The notes under the pieces: model-generated
The model's database searches: none
What the model saw: the letters and a program-made list of their open reading frames with translations, nothing else
Told to the model about the DNA's origin: nothing
Translations under genes and position numbers: made by a program
Source of the DNA: Octopus sinensis
Taxonomy: Eukaryota
Reading direction: 5' to 3'
NCBI RefSeq assembly: GCF_006345805.1
Contig: NC_043011.1
Location: 47,876,464 to 47,940,463 of the forward strand
Length of the DNA: 64,000 nucleotides
Shown: positions 26,642 through 39,037 of the stretch, one piece after another
Position numbering within the stretch: the stretch's first letter is position 1
Layout of the letters: each line of letters opens with the position of its first letter

Positions 26642-26833
26642 TGATGTGTTGTGAATTTATGGTAAGAAATCCCATAAAACTCAACAATTTTGCTTAAAAT
26701 GGAGAAGGGAAAATGTTAAAACATATAAGAGAATTTTAAAATTCTCTTATATATTTTAATGTCTTCTCTTCTCCATTTTTAACAAAATTGTTGAGTTTTA
26801 TGGGATATCTTTCCATAAATTCACAACACATCA
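26642..26833. repeat. Spacerless palindrome, 96-bp arms
   Basis: Axis at 26737/26738 (agagaatttt/aaaattctct); ends tgatgtgttgtgaa / ttcacaacacatca. Confidence 0.92.
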
Positions 26834-27051
26834 CACACACACACATATATATATATATAATAATAATAATAAAGGGTAAAATTAATTAATTAATTAATTA
26901 ATAATTAATAATTTTACCATGTATGTTAAAAGAACCATTTTCTTATGGTAGTGAAATAGTAGTTTAACTGCTATTTCTAAATTTCGGTATGTGGTGAGGC
27001 AAATTTTGCTGAACCCTAATTAGAATTATACTCAAAATTATAGAATTTTTG

Positions 27052-27085
<34 letters not shown>

Positions 27086-27090
27086 TATAT

Positions 27091-27277
27091 AGGGGGATAA
27101 TTCACAAAAAAAATCAAAAGACGAAGACAGGTGGTGTAGAAAACAAACAGATGTATTAGTATAATGCTCGGGAATTGAAAAAATCTTTTACGTTTCGAGC
27201 CTACGCTCTTCCACAGAAAGGAACTCAGAAAGAAACAAGGAGAGAAAAAAAAAGGGTGTAGTGGCTACCGATCTATC
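27091..27277 (-). mobile_element. Family H1 repeat with hammerhead-like motif
   Basis: Minus 27220-27185: cttt-CTGTGGA-A-GAGC-GTAG-GCTC-GAAAC-GTA-AAAG. Confidence 0.65.
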
Positions 27278-27299
27278 ATATATATATATATATATACAT

Positions 27300-27420
27300 A
27301 TGATGGGCTTCTTTCTGTTTCCATCCACCAAATCCACTCACAAGGCTTTGGTCAGCCCGAGTGTACAGTGAAAGACACTTGCCCAAGGTGCAACACAGTA
27401 GAACTGAACCTGGATTCATG
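27300..27420 (-). mobile_element. SINE family A head fragment
   Basis: gggcttcttt...gacacttgcccaaggtgc...actgaacc. Confidence 0.75.
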
Positions 27421-28002
27421 TGTCTGATAAATAATCAGATTAAGTATTAATTGCAATTAACAAAAAAACTATAGCATATACAAACACGAAAGCACAGATG
27501 CCTTAACACAGATATGTTTATCAGTAACTATTATATGATATCGTATAGGCAATGTTTAGATTAGGAATCATAGCACTTGAGGATAGTCTTAATTATAGCA
27601 GCTAAATAAAACTCATGAACTGATAAAAACTGCTTTAATCAAACTGGATCTCCTTGATAATGTCTGTAAAAGTATGTAGTGATAGCCTGTATGTGTATTT
27701 GTGTGTGTGTGTGTGTGTGCATGTATATATATATTTATGTATATATATATATATATATAATATATATATATATATGCATGTGTGTGTGTGGTTATGTATA
27801 TGTGTGCATATATGCATGTATATATATATTTATGTGTATATGTGTGTGTGTGTATGTGTGTGTATGTATGCGTGTATATATATATTTATGCATATATGCA
27901 TGTGTGTGTGTGCTGGGAGATACACTGACTAATATCTTAATATTATATACATGCATGTATCTGGTGTGGTTATGCATATGTGTGTGTATGTATATATATT
28001 CA

Positions 28003-28038
<36 letters not shown>

Positions 28039-28254
28039 TTATGTATATGTGTATGTGTAATTATGTATATGTGTGCATGTATATATATTTATGGATATAT
28101 GGATGTGTGTGTGTGTGCAGGGAGATACACAGACTAATATCTTAATATTATATACATGCATGTGTGTGTGTGTGTTTGTTTGTATGTGTGCGGTTATGTA
28201 TACGTGTGCAAGCATGGATGTATATATATTTATGTATATATGCATGTGTGTGTA

Positions 28255-28470
28255 GAGGCGCAATGGCCTAGTGGTTAGGGCAGCGGACTCGCGGTCGCAG
28301 GATCGCGGTTTCGATTCTCAGACTGGGCGTTGTGTGTGTTTATTGAGCGAAAACACCTAAAAGCTCTACGAGGCTCCGGCAGGGGATGGTGGTGATCCCT
28401 GCTGTACTCTTTCACCACAATGGCGGTGCCCCAGCATGGCCACAGCTCAAGAGCTGAAACTGGAAAAACA
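28255..28470 (+). mobile_element. Chimeric SINE: family C head fused to family A tail
   Basis: C sequence to ...ctctttcaccacaa (28420), then ggcggtgccccagcatggccacag. Confidence 0.75.
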
Positions 28471-28537
28471 AAAAAAAAAAAACAAACAAAAACGTGCACA
28501 GAGAGATACACAAACGAATATATTAATATTATATACA

Positions 28538-28578
<41 letters not shown>

Positions 28579-28771
28579 GTATGTATTTATGTATTTATGC
28601 ATATATGCACACGTCTGTGTGTGTGCAGGCAGCTGCACAAAATAATACATGAATATTATACACATGCATGTTTCTGTGTGTGTCTATACATATGTGTCTG
28701 TGTATGCATGTATGTATTATGCATGTGTTCAGGCAGATATACAAACTAATGTATGTCTATTACATGCATGG

Positions 28772-28802
<31 letters not shown>

Positions 28803-28849
28803 TGTGTGTGTATGCGTGCAAGTATTGTGTGTGTGTGTGTGTGTGTGTC

Positions 28850-29070
28850 TTTGTTTCTGTGTTTGTCCACCACCACTTGACATTCGGTGTTGGTTTGTTT
28901 ATGTCCTTGTAACTTAGTGGTTTGGCAAAAAGAGACTGATAGAAATAAGGATCAGGCTTAAGAAAAGACAAGCAGTGGAGTCAATTCATTTGACTAAAAG
29001 GTCCTTGAAGGCGGCGCTGCCCCAGAATGGTTACTGTCTAATGACCAAAACAGTTAGAAGGAAAATTAAA
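28850..29070 (+). mobile_element. SINE family A 3' half
   Basis: gtttgtccacc...gtaacttagtggtttggcaaaa...gaaggcggcgctgccccagaatgg. Confidence 0.7.
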
Positions 29071-29196
29071 GATAAAAGATATATTTTTGTGTGTATCTGT
29101 GTAATATATATGTGTGTGTGTGCCCGTGTGTGTATGTGTGTGTGTGCACATACTCACAGGCATATATGTATATGCTACATGTGCATGCATATATAA

Positions 29197-29229
<33 letters not shown>

Positions 29230-29286
29230 TATGGAGATATGATCTAATGATAGGCGTCCATGAAATATCATTCTTGTATTGCTTAC

Positions 29287-29331
29287 TAAGTGATAATATT
29301 CTTTCTTCTTTTACTGAGAGTGAAGAAAGAC
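29287..29331 (-). CDS. Candidate 45-nt frame-preserving cassette exon (SFFTLSKRRKNIIT in phase 2, or LSSLSVKEERILSL in phase 1)
   Basis: Minus acceptor tattattgttatttcaaag, donor TTA/gtaagc. Confidence 0.35.
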
Positions 29332-29577
29332 CTTTGAAATAACAATAATATCCGTCCTCAAAGCAATCTCTAGGATATCATTATTTTGGGCTGAGCTTTT
29401 ATGTATGGATTGCAACATGGACAATTTTTTTCTCTCTCCCTATCTTTATCTCCCACCTTCTTTCTCTCTCTCTCTCTCTATATATATATGTGTGTGTGTG
29501 TCTGGTGTGTGTCTGTGTGTGTGTGTATTTTTACATATAAATATGTAGTATATATATATTTACATATAAATATGTGG

Positions 29578-29626
<49 letters not shown>

Positions 29627-30154
29627 ATACATATGTATATGTAGTATATCTGTATGTGTGTGTCCATGTGTGTGTATGTGTGTATCTTTACATATAAATA
29701 TATAGTGTATATATATATTTACATATAACTATATATATATATATATGTATATACATATGTATATATAGTGTATCTCTATGTGTGTGTCTGTGCATGTGTG
29801 TGCGTGTGTGCGTGTGTATGAGTGAGTGTGTGTGTATGCGTTTGTGTGAACATTTGCATTATGAATCTTTGTAAGAAACTGTCAGAACAAAAATAATGGC
29901 AATATTATGTTGGCGCTGCCAGTTAAGAAACTGTCCTGTTACTCTGCACTTTCAAAGACACAGGAAATATAAAATCCTTAACTTGAAACACAGGTTTTGG
30001 ATTAGTGGCAGGAAGGACATCCCGTTATAAAATGAAGCCTGAAGAATAAGTATTCATCCGACCCATGCTGACATTAAAAAAATGGACATAAAGCAGATGA
30101 TTGAATACATATGCATGCATGCATCTATGGACGTATCTACATACAGCTGTGTGT

Positions 30155-30196
<42 letters not shown>

Positions 30197-30621
30197 TGTG
30201 TATGGGTGTATGTGTGTGTGGTGTTTGTGACTAAATGTTCTCCCTCTCTACAGAAATGAAAAACAAAGTCACCATTTAAAGAAAAAAACGAAACAAAGAG
30301 AAAGAAATGAATGTTAGTATAAACATAAACATAAAATGAAACCATAAAATAATTCTAATATTGTAAGATGTCGGTAAGTGGTTGTACCAGCTGTTGTTGC
30401 TGAAATAGGTATGAAGTATAAAACTGTTGTTGTTGAGATTTAAGGGGATGAAAACCAAAAGGTTAATGGAGCAACACATGGCTGATTTGAAATGGAGACT
30501 GTGGTCATTTCATAACAAGTTTAGATAATGTTACATAAAAATATATTAAATGACACAAGGGTACAAAATGACAGAGAAATCTTTCCAACAAAAATAACGA
30601 TCTAATTTAAGTAATTAAATG

Positions 30622-30950
30622 CCGAGTCGGTGGCACGTAAAAAGCACCATCCGAATCGTGGCCGAAGCCAGTGCCGCCTCGACTGGCTTCCGTGCAGGTG
30701 GCACGTAAAATGCACCAATCCGACCGTGGCCGATGCCAGCCTCGCCTGGCACCAGTGCAGGTGGCACGTAAAAAGCACCCACTACACTCACGGAGTGGTT
30801 GGCGTTAGGAAGGGCATCCAGCTGTAGGAACATTGCCAGATAAGACCGGAGCCTGGTGCAGCCTTCTGGCTTCCCAGATCCCCGGTCGAACTGTCCAACC
30901 CATGCTAACATGGAGAACGGACGTTAAACGATGATGATGATGATGATGAT
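30622..30950 (+). mobile_element. RTE-type 3' end, three ggtggcacgtaaaa subrepeats
   Basis: CpG-rich copy ending ggacgttaaac(gat)n. Confidence 0.85.
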
Positions 30951-31064
30951 GAAATTGCTGGAAATCTTTGTGTTTATAGAATCTTCACTCTGGGTATTTA
31001 AAAATAAAGTAATACACACGTGTTTTATGGGTTTTTTTTAGGGCATCAAGAGTGTAAGGGACAT

Positions 31065-31497
31065 CATCATCATCATTGTTTAAAGTCTGTTTTCCATGCT
31101 CGCATGGGTTGGACAGTTCGACCAGGGTCTGGGAAGCCAGGAGTCTGCACACCAAGCTCCAGTCTGATCTGGCAGTGTTCCTACAGCTGTATGCCCTTCC
31201 TAACGCCAACCTCTCCATGAGTGTAGTGGGGGCCTTTCACGTGCCACCAGCACAAGTGCCAGGGGAGGCTGGCAACGGCCACGATCAGTTGGTGCTTTTT
31301 TCATTGATTTTTTTTTATGTTGATGTACTTGACTCAATAGGTCTCGACAAGCACAGCAGGTCACCCTTTGATCCAAGGTAAGCACAGCAGGTCGCCCTAT
31401 GATCCAAGGTAAGCACAGCAGGCCATCCTGCGATCCAAAGCACTTTAGATGGGCTGGAGCTTCTATGTGAAGCTGGTGCAGGAAACAGCCATGAACA
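31065..31497 (-). mobile_element. RTE-type 3' UTR fragment, convergent with 30622-30950
   Basis: Reverse complement of 18500-18925-type sequence. Confidence 0.8.
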
Positions 31498-31544
31498 GTA
31501 CGAACTGTATGAACAGTATGGAAAGTATGAACAAAAAAATATTC

Positions 31545-32235
31545 TTTCATTCTTTTACTTGTTTCAGTTATTTGACTGCAGCCATACTGGAGTTCCACCT
31601 TTAATGTTGTTTTTTTTAGTCAAAGAAATCAACCCCAAGACTTATTCTTTGTAGGCCTGGTACTTATTCTATTGGTCTCTTTGCTGAACTGCAAAGCCAG
31701 GGAGACATAAACACACCATCATCAACTATCAAGCAATGGTAGGGAGACAACACAGACACAAAGACACACATAAATACACACAAGCCTGGCTCATTAGGAG
31801 TTTCTTGGTTTCATTGGCATATAGGTTTCCCACCTGAACGGGACAGACACCAGTCTGTTGCAGGCGAGCTGCTAGACGCAGGGTGAAAGTTGTAGCGAAA
31901 GAGTTAGCAGAAGTTTGCCATTACCTTTTGCCAGAGCCATGTAGAGCTTAGGTGTTTCACTCATAAACACATACATCACCAGCTCTGAGATTCGAACCTG
32001 CAATCCCTCAACAGTGAGTCTGCTGTTCTAACCACTAGGCCATGTGCCTCTGCTATATATATATATATCTGCCAATGGGCTTCCTTCAGTTTCTGTCAAC
32101 CAAATCCACTCATAAGGCTTTGGTCAACCCGAAGCAATAGTAGAAGACACTTACCTAAGGTGCCATGCAAAGGGACTGAACCTGGAACCCTGTGGTTGGG
32201 AAGGAAGCTTCTTACCACACAACCATTCCTGCACT
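31545..32235 (-). mobile_element. SINE family A interrupted by a family C fragment (31790-32050)
   Basis: A tail 31545-31780, C-derived insert, A head 32075-32235. Confidence 0.75.
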
Positions 32236-32284
32236 TATAATCACTAAATTTTATTTGAATGAGAAGGAATCTATTTTTGATTTC

Positions 32285-32620
32285 AAATTTTGGCACAAGG
32301 CCAGCATTTTCAGAGAAGGTGTTAAGTTGATTCCATCAGCCCTGGTGTTCAACTGGTACTTATTTTATTGACCTTGGAAGGATGAACGACAAAGTTGACC
32401 CCTGGTGGTGTTTGATCTCAGAACTTGAAGATGGACAAAATGCTGCTAAGCATTCTGCCAGTTCAGGATCTTTCAAATAGTACTTATTTTACTGACCCCC
32501 AAATGGGAGGAAAGACAAAGTCAACCCCAGCAGAATTTGAATTCAGAACATATTGAAGGAGGAAATGCTGCTAAGAATTTTGCCTGGCATGCTAATAATT
32601 CTGCCAGCTCACTGCCTTAT
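32285..32620 (-). mobile_element. Diverged tandem SINE family B (tail type 2) copies
   Basis: Repeated ggtacttattttattgacc...aaagttgacc...gaactc motifs. Confidence 0.7.
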
Positions 32621-32684
32621 TTGAATGAAAAAGAACGTATTATTACGATGAATTTCTTTAGATTGCAATAAAATTCTATATGCA

Positions 32685-33295
32685 TAGGTGTGGCTGTGTG
32701 GTAAGTAGCTTGCTAACAAGCCTCATGGTTCCGGGTTCAGTCCCACTGTGTTGCACCTTGGGTAACTATCTTCTACTATAGCTTCGGGTTGACCAAAGCC
32801 TTGTGAGTGGATTTGGTAGATGGAAACTGAAAGAAGCCCGTTGTATGTATATATATATATCTATATATATATATATATATATAATGAGAAAGTTTACGAA
32901 AATCAAAAAAGACAAAGGCAGGTAGAGTACGAACAAACAAATGTATTAGTATAGTGCTCAGGAATAGAAATCGAAAAAGTTTTTTACGTTTCGAGCCTAT
33001 GCTCTTCGACAGAAAGATACACAGAAGAAAACAAGGAGAGAAACAAGGATATATATATATATATATATATATACGTATGTGTGTGTATATGTTTGTGTGT
33101 CTGTGTTTGTCTCCTGTAACATCACTTGACAACCAATGCTGGTGTGTTTACGTCCCTGTAACTTAGTAGTTCGGCATAAGAGACCGATAGAATAAGTACT
33201 AGGCTTACAAAGAATAAGCCCTGGGGTGGATTTGCTCGACTAAAGGCGGTGCTCCAGCATGGCCACAGTCAAATGACTAAATCAAGTGAAAAGGA
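32685..33295 (+). mobile_element. SINE family A with family H1 repeat (32885-33048, minus) inside its microsatellite
   Basis: Head to 32845, insert carrying CTGTCGA-A-GAGC-ATAG-GCTC-GAAAC-GTA, tail 33075-33295. Confidence 0.85.
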
Positions 33296-34824
33296 ATACC
33301 ATAATGTAGCGTACAAAAATTTCTCCCAACTCTTGGATATTGTTGACTGAAAGTTGTCTCGTTAGCTGAAAGGCGGCACCTGGCAGTAACTGACAAAAGC
33401 TCGTTAAGTTTTCGCAAACACTTCAATAAATGAAGCACAATGGGCTCACAGCTATTTATGGATTTCTCTTTTCTTATTTTTTTTTCTTTGCTTGCAAAAG
33501 TATGATTAATCTTAATGAGAAAACAGTTTGGAGGTATTATGTGATTTTGTTTTCAGATAATGTGGTATGCCCAAAGCTTTCTTTTATATTCCTAAAGCTT
33601 TCTGTTCACTTTAAGTAATACAGGGTGAAGACATGTCTGAATCTGGAAGTAGATATGTCATATGACAGGTGACATGTGACATGTTCTGTGCAAAAGGTGT
33701 GGCCATGATGAAATTTAGATGGTGTGTGGGAAGCTATATATCTGTGCATCTCTGCTTATAGTAATAAACATGAAGTGTTTGTTATTATATATAATAACAA
33801 CAAAAGAATTCTGAAACAAAACAAATCGCTTGCCAGCTTCTGCAAAAATTCCTGACAATAACAACAACAAAAAAAAACAACAAAAAAAAACAATAAGTGT
33901 AAAATGAAAATTCACAAAAAGAAAAAAAAAAATGAAAAAAAATAATAAATACCCCGCCGCCCCAAAATACTAAGCATGACTTCTAAAACTGTCATAGCCA
34001 GGAGAGGAAGCAGACGAAAGAAAAACTTAATACAAGGAGACAAAAACCACTACCCCTGTAGAAAAAAAAAAACAAAAATAAAAAATAAAAACAACAAAAA
34101 ATGAATAATATCTACTACATCAGCAAAAAAAAAACAAAAAAAACAATAGCAACAAAGGACACGCGTTTATATTTTTCTCTGTTCCTACCACTAGATGTCT
34201 CTATTTACCAACATTATATAATGAAAATACTATAAAGCAAAAATAAAATGTATATTACAAAAATGAGTAACTACATACATAAAGTGATGGCGCCTTTAAA
34301 ATTCGGTTCTCAAAGAATGATCTAGATACTTGTTTCAGTTATTTTGTTGTTTTCTTTTCATCCGAGAGTCTTTATTTTTAGATTCTTTCAACACTTATTA
34401 ATCTTATTTAATGTTTTTTATTGTTCTTTCTTATTTTTTTTCTTTTTGCATTTTGCATTTTGTTGCTACCTTTTAGAAAATTAAGAGGTTTTTATTTTTT
34501 TGTGTTTTTTTGCCTCTTATGTCTTTGGAGACAAAAAGATTGAAATATGAAAGCAATACACAACGCAAATATAATGTTTCTGTGTGTGTGTATATACGCT
34601 TATATGCACACATACATATATGCACACTTACACACACACACACATATATATGCATGTATGTACATATATTCATATACAATATTTATACCCACATATATAG
34701 GCATGTATGTGGGTGTGTATATCTCTTTCTTTCACTTTCTCTCTCTATACACACACACACCACACACACATATATATATATACATACACATGTATCTATC
34801 TATCTACCTATACATCTATCTAAC

Positions 34825-34855
<31 letters not shown>

Positions 34856-35167
34856 ATGTGTATACATACATAAATGTGTTTGTGAATATCATACATATAT
34901 ATGTGTGTGTGTGTTATGGAAAACATAACTATATCCCTCTGTTATTTTTTATTAAATATTTTTTCTTTGTATTTCTTTATAAGCTCTTGGCAATTTATAT
35001 GGAACAATAAAGTTCTTAGATCCATCATCAATTGCTTCTAGACTTTCTCAGCCTCATCACAAGGATATGCATTATGTTTGGCTTCCATATTGTCACTTAT
35101 ATCAAATGTTACTGAGGAAATACCAACAAAACATTGATCAATGCTTATCTTTTATCTTCCCATCTCT

Positions 35168-35370
35168 ACTTGTTTCAGTTATTCAACTGTGGCCATGCTG
35201 GGGCACCATCTTGAAGGGTTTACTCACACAAACCAAACCCAGTAATTGTTTCTTAAAAAATTGGTACATATTTTATCAAGCCCTTTATTGTAGTGTGAAG
35301 TTATGGGGATGTAAGCAAACCAACATAGGATGGGGGAACAGACACAAATACGATGACAAAAACAAACACC
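35168..35370 (-). mobile_element. SINE family A 3' half
   Basis: tgtttcagttattcaactgtggccatgctggggcacc. Confidence 0.7.
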
Positions 35371-35381
35371 ATCACCTCCCC

Positions 35382-35420
<39 letters not shown>

Positions 35421-35641
35421 ATAGACAGCGATTTAGTTTGCTTTGGGCCTTGTTTCATGTATGCAATATTGATAAATCACAAAAATGAGGAAACATTGAT
35501 GTCTATTGCTCTTGAATGGGATTCAGTATGAGTTACCTCTCTTGTCTATGACTTTCTAGTGTTTTAATGCTAAGTGCACTAATGAGAATATATTCTCTTA
35601 CCCCTATAAGTGCAGCCAGCCCATGAACTAACAAAACACAA

Positions 35642-36374
35642 GTAGGGGTTCACCAGGGATCAGTGCTCAGCCCCCTCCTGTTCATCACAGTCCTCAAGGC
35701 AATAACAGAGGTATTTAAGACAGGCTGCCTCTGGGAACTCCTCTATGTTGATGAATTTGCGCTTATAGCTGAATCACTACCTGAGCTAGAGAAGAAGTTC
35801 CAGGTATGGAAACAATGTCTAGATTCAAAGGGCCTTAGAGTTAACTTAGCAAAAACTAAAGTCTTAGTAAGTAGGAAGGCAGCCAAATCACAAATACTTT
35901 CAGATACATAGCCCTGCTCAAGCTGTAGAAAAGGTGTAGGTAGAAATTTCATAAGATGGAGAAACTCCAAAAGTTGGCGAGCTGGCAGAAACGTTAGCAT
36001 GCCGGGCGAAATGCTTAGCAGTATTTCGTCTGCCGCTATGTTCTGAGTTCAAATTCTGCCGAGGTCAACTTTACCTTTCATCCTTTCGGGGTCAATTAAA
36101 TAAGTACCAGTTATGCACTGGGGTTCATATAACCGACTTAATCCATTTGTCTGTCCTTATTTGTCCCCTCTGTGTGTAGCCCCTTGTTGGCAGTAAAGAA
36201 ATGATAAACTCCATAAGATGCACCGAGTTTAAGCTTTGGACACACAAAAGGTGCAGCAACATCAAAGGAAGGTTAACAGAGAAACTATCTTTTTATGTGG
36301 AAGGGACACATACTGAACATGTGCGGAAAATAAACTCCATCAACTGTCAGAGGATCAAGCTAGAAGAGGTAGAC
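35642..36374 (+). pseudogene. RTE-clade LINE reverse-transcriptase fragment with PHD-like Cys/His motif, interrupted by SINE B (35976-36201)
   Basis: VGVHQGSVLSPLLFITVL...WELLYVDEFALIAES...GLRVNLAKTKVLV (QGSxLSP, decayed YADD, NxxKT motifs); then *PCSSCRKGVGRN..IRCTEFKLWTHKRCSNIKGRL. Confidence 0.92.
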
Positions 36375-36434
36375 TGGCGAAATACCACTAAGCTTTTCAC
36401 CTGGCGTGCTAATGTTTCTGCCAGTTTGCTGCCT

Positions 36435-36468
<34 letters not shown>

Positions 36469-36584
36469 ATATAATATAAATAATATATATATTTATATAT
36501 ATATACATGTATATATAAAATATTATTTGAGACAAAACCACTATTTTGCAAAACAAACAAGGAAAGACTTAATCAATACATAAA

Positions 36585-36754
36585 ATGGTGCTTTTACGTG
36601 CCACCGACACGGTTATACATATATATACATATACATATATGCATATATATACATATATATATATATATATAGATATACACACATATATATATAAATATAC
36701 ATATATATACATATACACATATATACATATGTATATATATATATACACACATAT

Positions 36755-36797
<43 letters not shown>

Positions 36798-36998
36798 TAT
36801 ATACACGTATACATGTACATGCCTACATATATATGTATATATATACATGCATATAAGGGTACAGGACGTCAAAAATATGTGAACAAAATGGGAAACAAGC
36901 ACATCTGTAACAATGGAATCTTTTGCAGAGGGTTACAGTAGTAACAAAAACAGGACAGTACGAACAAACGGTGAGGGCTGTTAAGCCATAACGAGGTG

Positions 36999-37042
<44 letters not shown>

Positions 37043-37252
37043 GTGTGTGTATGTATATATATATATATATATACATATGTATATATGTGTGTATATATAT
37101 ATATACATATGTATATATGTGTATATGTATATATATGTATATTTATATATATATGTGTGTATATCTATATATATATATATATATGTATATATATGCATAT
37201 ATGTATATGTATATATATGTATAACCGTGTCGGTGGCACGTAACAGCACCAT
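36585..37252. repeat. Inverted duplication (~170-bp arms, 36585-36756 / 37081-37252) including a complex microsatellite
   Basis: The plus ORF 36585 and minus ORF 36869..37483 share an identical ~57-aa stretch [20 protein letters not shown]...; the spacer holds the family G repeat. Confidence 0.9.
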
Positions 37253-37722
37253 CTGTTCGCATCCGTTGCCAGCCTCGGCTGGCCCCCGTGCCAGTGACAC
37301 GTAAAAGCACCATCCGTTCGTGGCCGTTTGCCAGCTCTGTCTGGCCCCGTGTCGGTGGCACGTAAAAGCACCATCCGTCCGTGTCCGTTGCCAGCCTCGG
37401 CTGGCCCCCATGCCAGTGACACGTAAAAGCACCGTCCGTTCGTGGCCGGTTGCCAGCTCTGTCTGGCCCCGTGTCGGTGGCACGTAAAAGCACCATCCGT
37501 TCGTGGCCGTTCGCCAGCTCTGTCTGGCACCTGTGCAGGTGGCACGTAAAAAACACCCACTACACTCGCGGAGTGGTTGGCATTAGGAAGGGCATCCAGC
37601 CGTAGAAACACTGCCAGATCTGACTGGGCCTGACGAAGCCTTCCAGCTTCACAGACCCCAGTTGACCCGTCCAACCCATGCTAGCATGGAAAACGGACGC
37701 TAAACGATGATGATGATGATGA
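37227..37722 (+). mobile_element. RTE-type 3' end with ~60-bp alternating A/B tandem subrepeats
   Basis: Five full units gtgtcggtggcacgtaaaagcaccatcc.. / gtgccagtgacacgtaaaagcacc.., then the standard tail. Confidence 0.9.
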
Positions 37723-37751
37723 TATATATATATATATGTATATATATATAT

Positions 37752-37965
37752 TCAAAATGTGACCTCGTGTGTACCGTTGGCGATTTTTTTCCCTCTGTCT
37801 TCCCTTCTCTGGATCTTTCCTTCTCCTATGTTTCCGACGAAGAGCTCCGCTCGAAACGTTATACCCTTCTTCTTCCCTTCCTTCCTCAGCGGCCAATAAT
37901 ACTATATTTATTCCACGTCCTTGCGTTGTTGTGTTTTCTCTTTGTGTTTTCATGTTTGGATTAAC
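37752..37965 (+). mobile_element. Family H2 repeat with hammerhead-like motif
   Basis: gttt-CCGACGA-A-GAGC-TCC-GCTC-GAAAC-GTT-ATAC at 37830-37864. Confidence 0.6.
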
Positions 37966-38328
37966 TATATATATATATATATATATATAAAGCCTTTTGT
38001 ATTTGATACAGTTACAATAAACAGGAAAAGAGTTTTTAAAAGTTATCTGCTTAAAAAATTTCCTTTCATTTACAGAATGTCACTAACCTTTGCACAAAAT
38101 ATTTATGTATAGAGTGTTTTATGTTGAGTGGGTATTTGTGTGTGAATGCTTTTATTCTTAAATTTTCCAAACACTTACATTCAGGGTTAAGGCATACTGG
38201 CATACATTTATTGTTAAGTATTATATGTATTTTTCATATATCATATATATATATATATATATCTTATATATTACATTATATGATAGCCATATAATATATA
38301 TTACACACACACATATATAATATATATA

Positions 38329-39037
38329 TGCTTAGCGGTATTTCGTCTGTCTTTATGTTCTGAGTTCAAACTCTACCAAGGTCGATTTTGCCTTTCATCT
38401 TTTCGAGGTTGACAAATTAAGTACCAGTTGTGTACTGGGGTCGATCTAATTTCAGGCCTTGTGCCTAGAGACGAAAAAATTATTAAAGGCAGTGAGCAAG
38501 CAGAAATGTTAGCACACTGGGTGAAGTGCTTAGCAGTATTTCAACAGTCTTTACGTTCTGAGTTCAAATTCCACCAAGGTCGACTTTGCTTCTCCTCCTC
38601 TTTCAGGGTCAATAAATTAAGTACCAGTTGCATAGTGGGGGCAATCTAATCGACTGGATCCCTTCTCCCTCAAAATTTCAGGCCTTGTGCCTAGAGAAGA
38701 AAAGCTTATTATTAAAGGGGGCAAACTGGCAGAAACGTTAGCATGCTGGGCAAAATGCTTACGGTATTTCACCTGCCTTTATGTTCTGAGTTCAATTCCA
38801 CCAAGGTCGACTTTGCTTTTCATCCTTTCGGGATCGATAAATTAAGTACCACTGGGATCGATATAATCGACTTAGTCCTTGTTTGTTCTCTCTGTGTTTA
38901 GCCTCTTGTGGGTAGTAAAGAAATAGGTATTTCATCTGTCTTTACGTTCTGAGTTCAAATTCTGCCACGGTCGACTTTGCTTTTCATCCTTTCAGGGTTG
39001 ACAAATTAAGTACCAGTTGCGTAGTGGGGTCGATCTA
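38329..39037 (+). mobile_element. Array of four same-orientation SINE family B units
   Basis: Units begin ~38329, 38488, 38715 and 38924; the first two have tail type 2 and the last two form the type 1 dimer. Confidence 0.88.
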
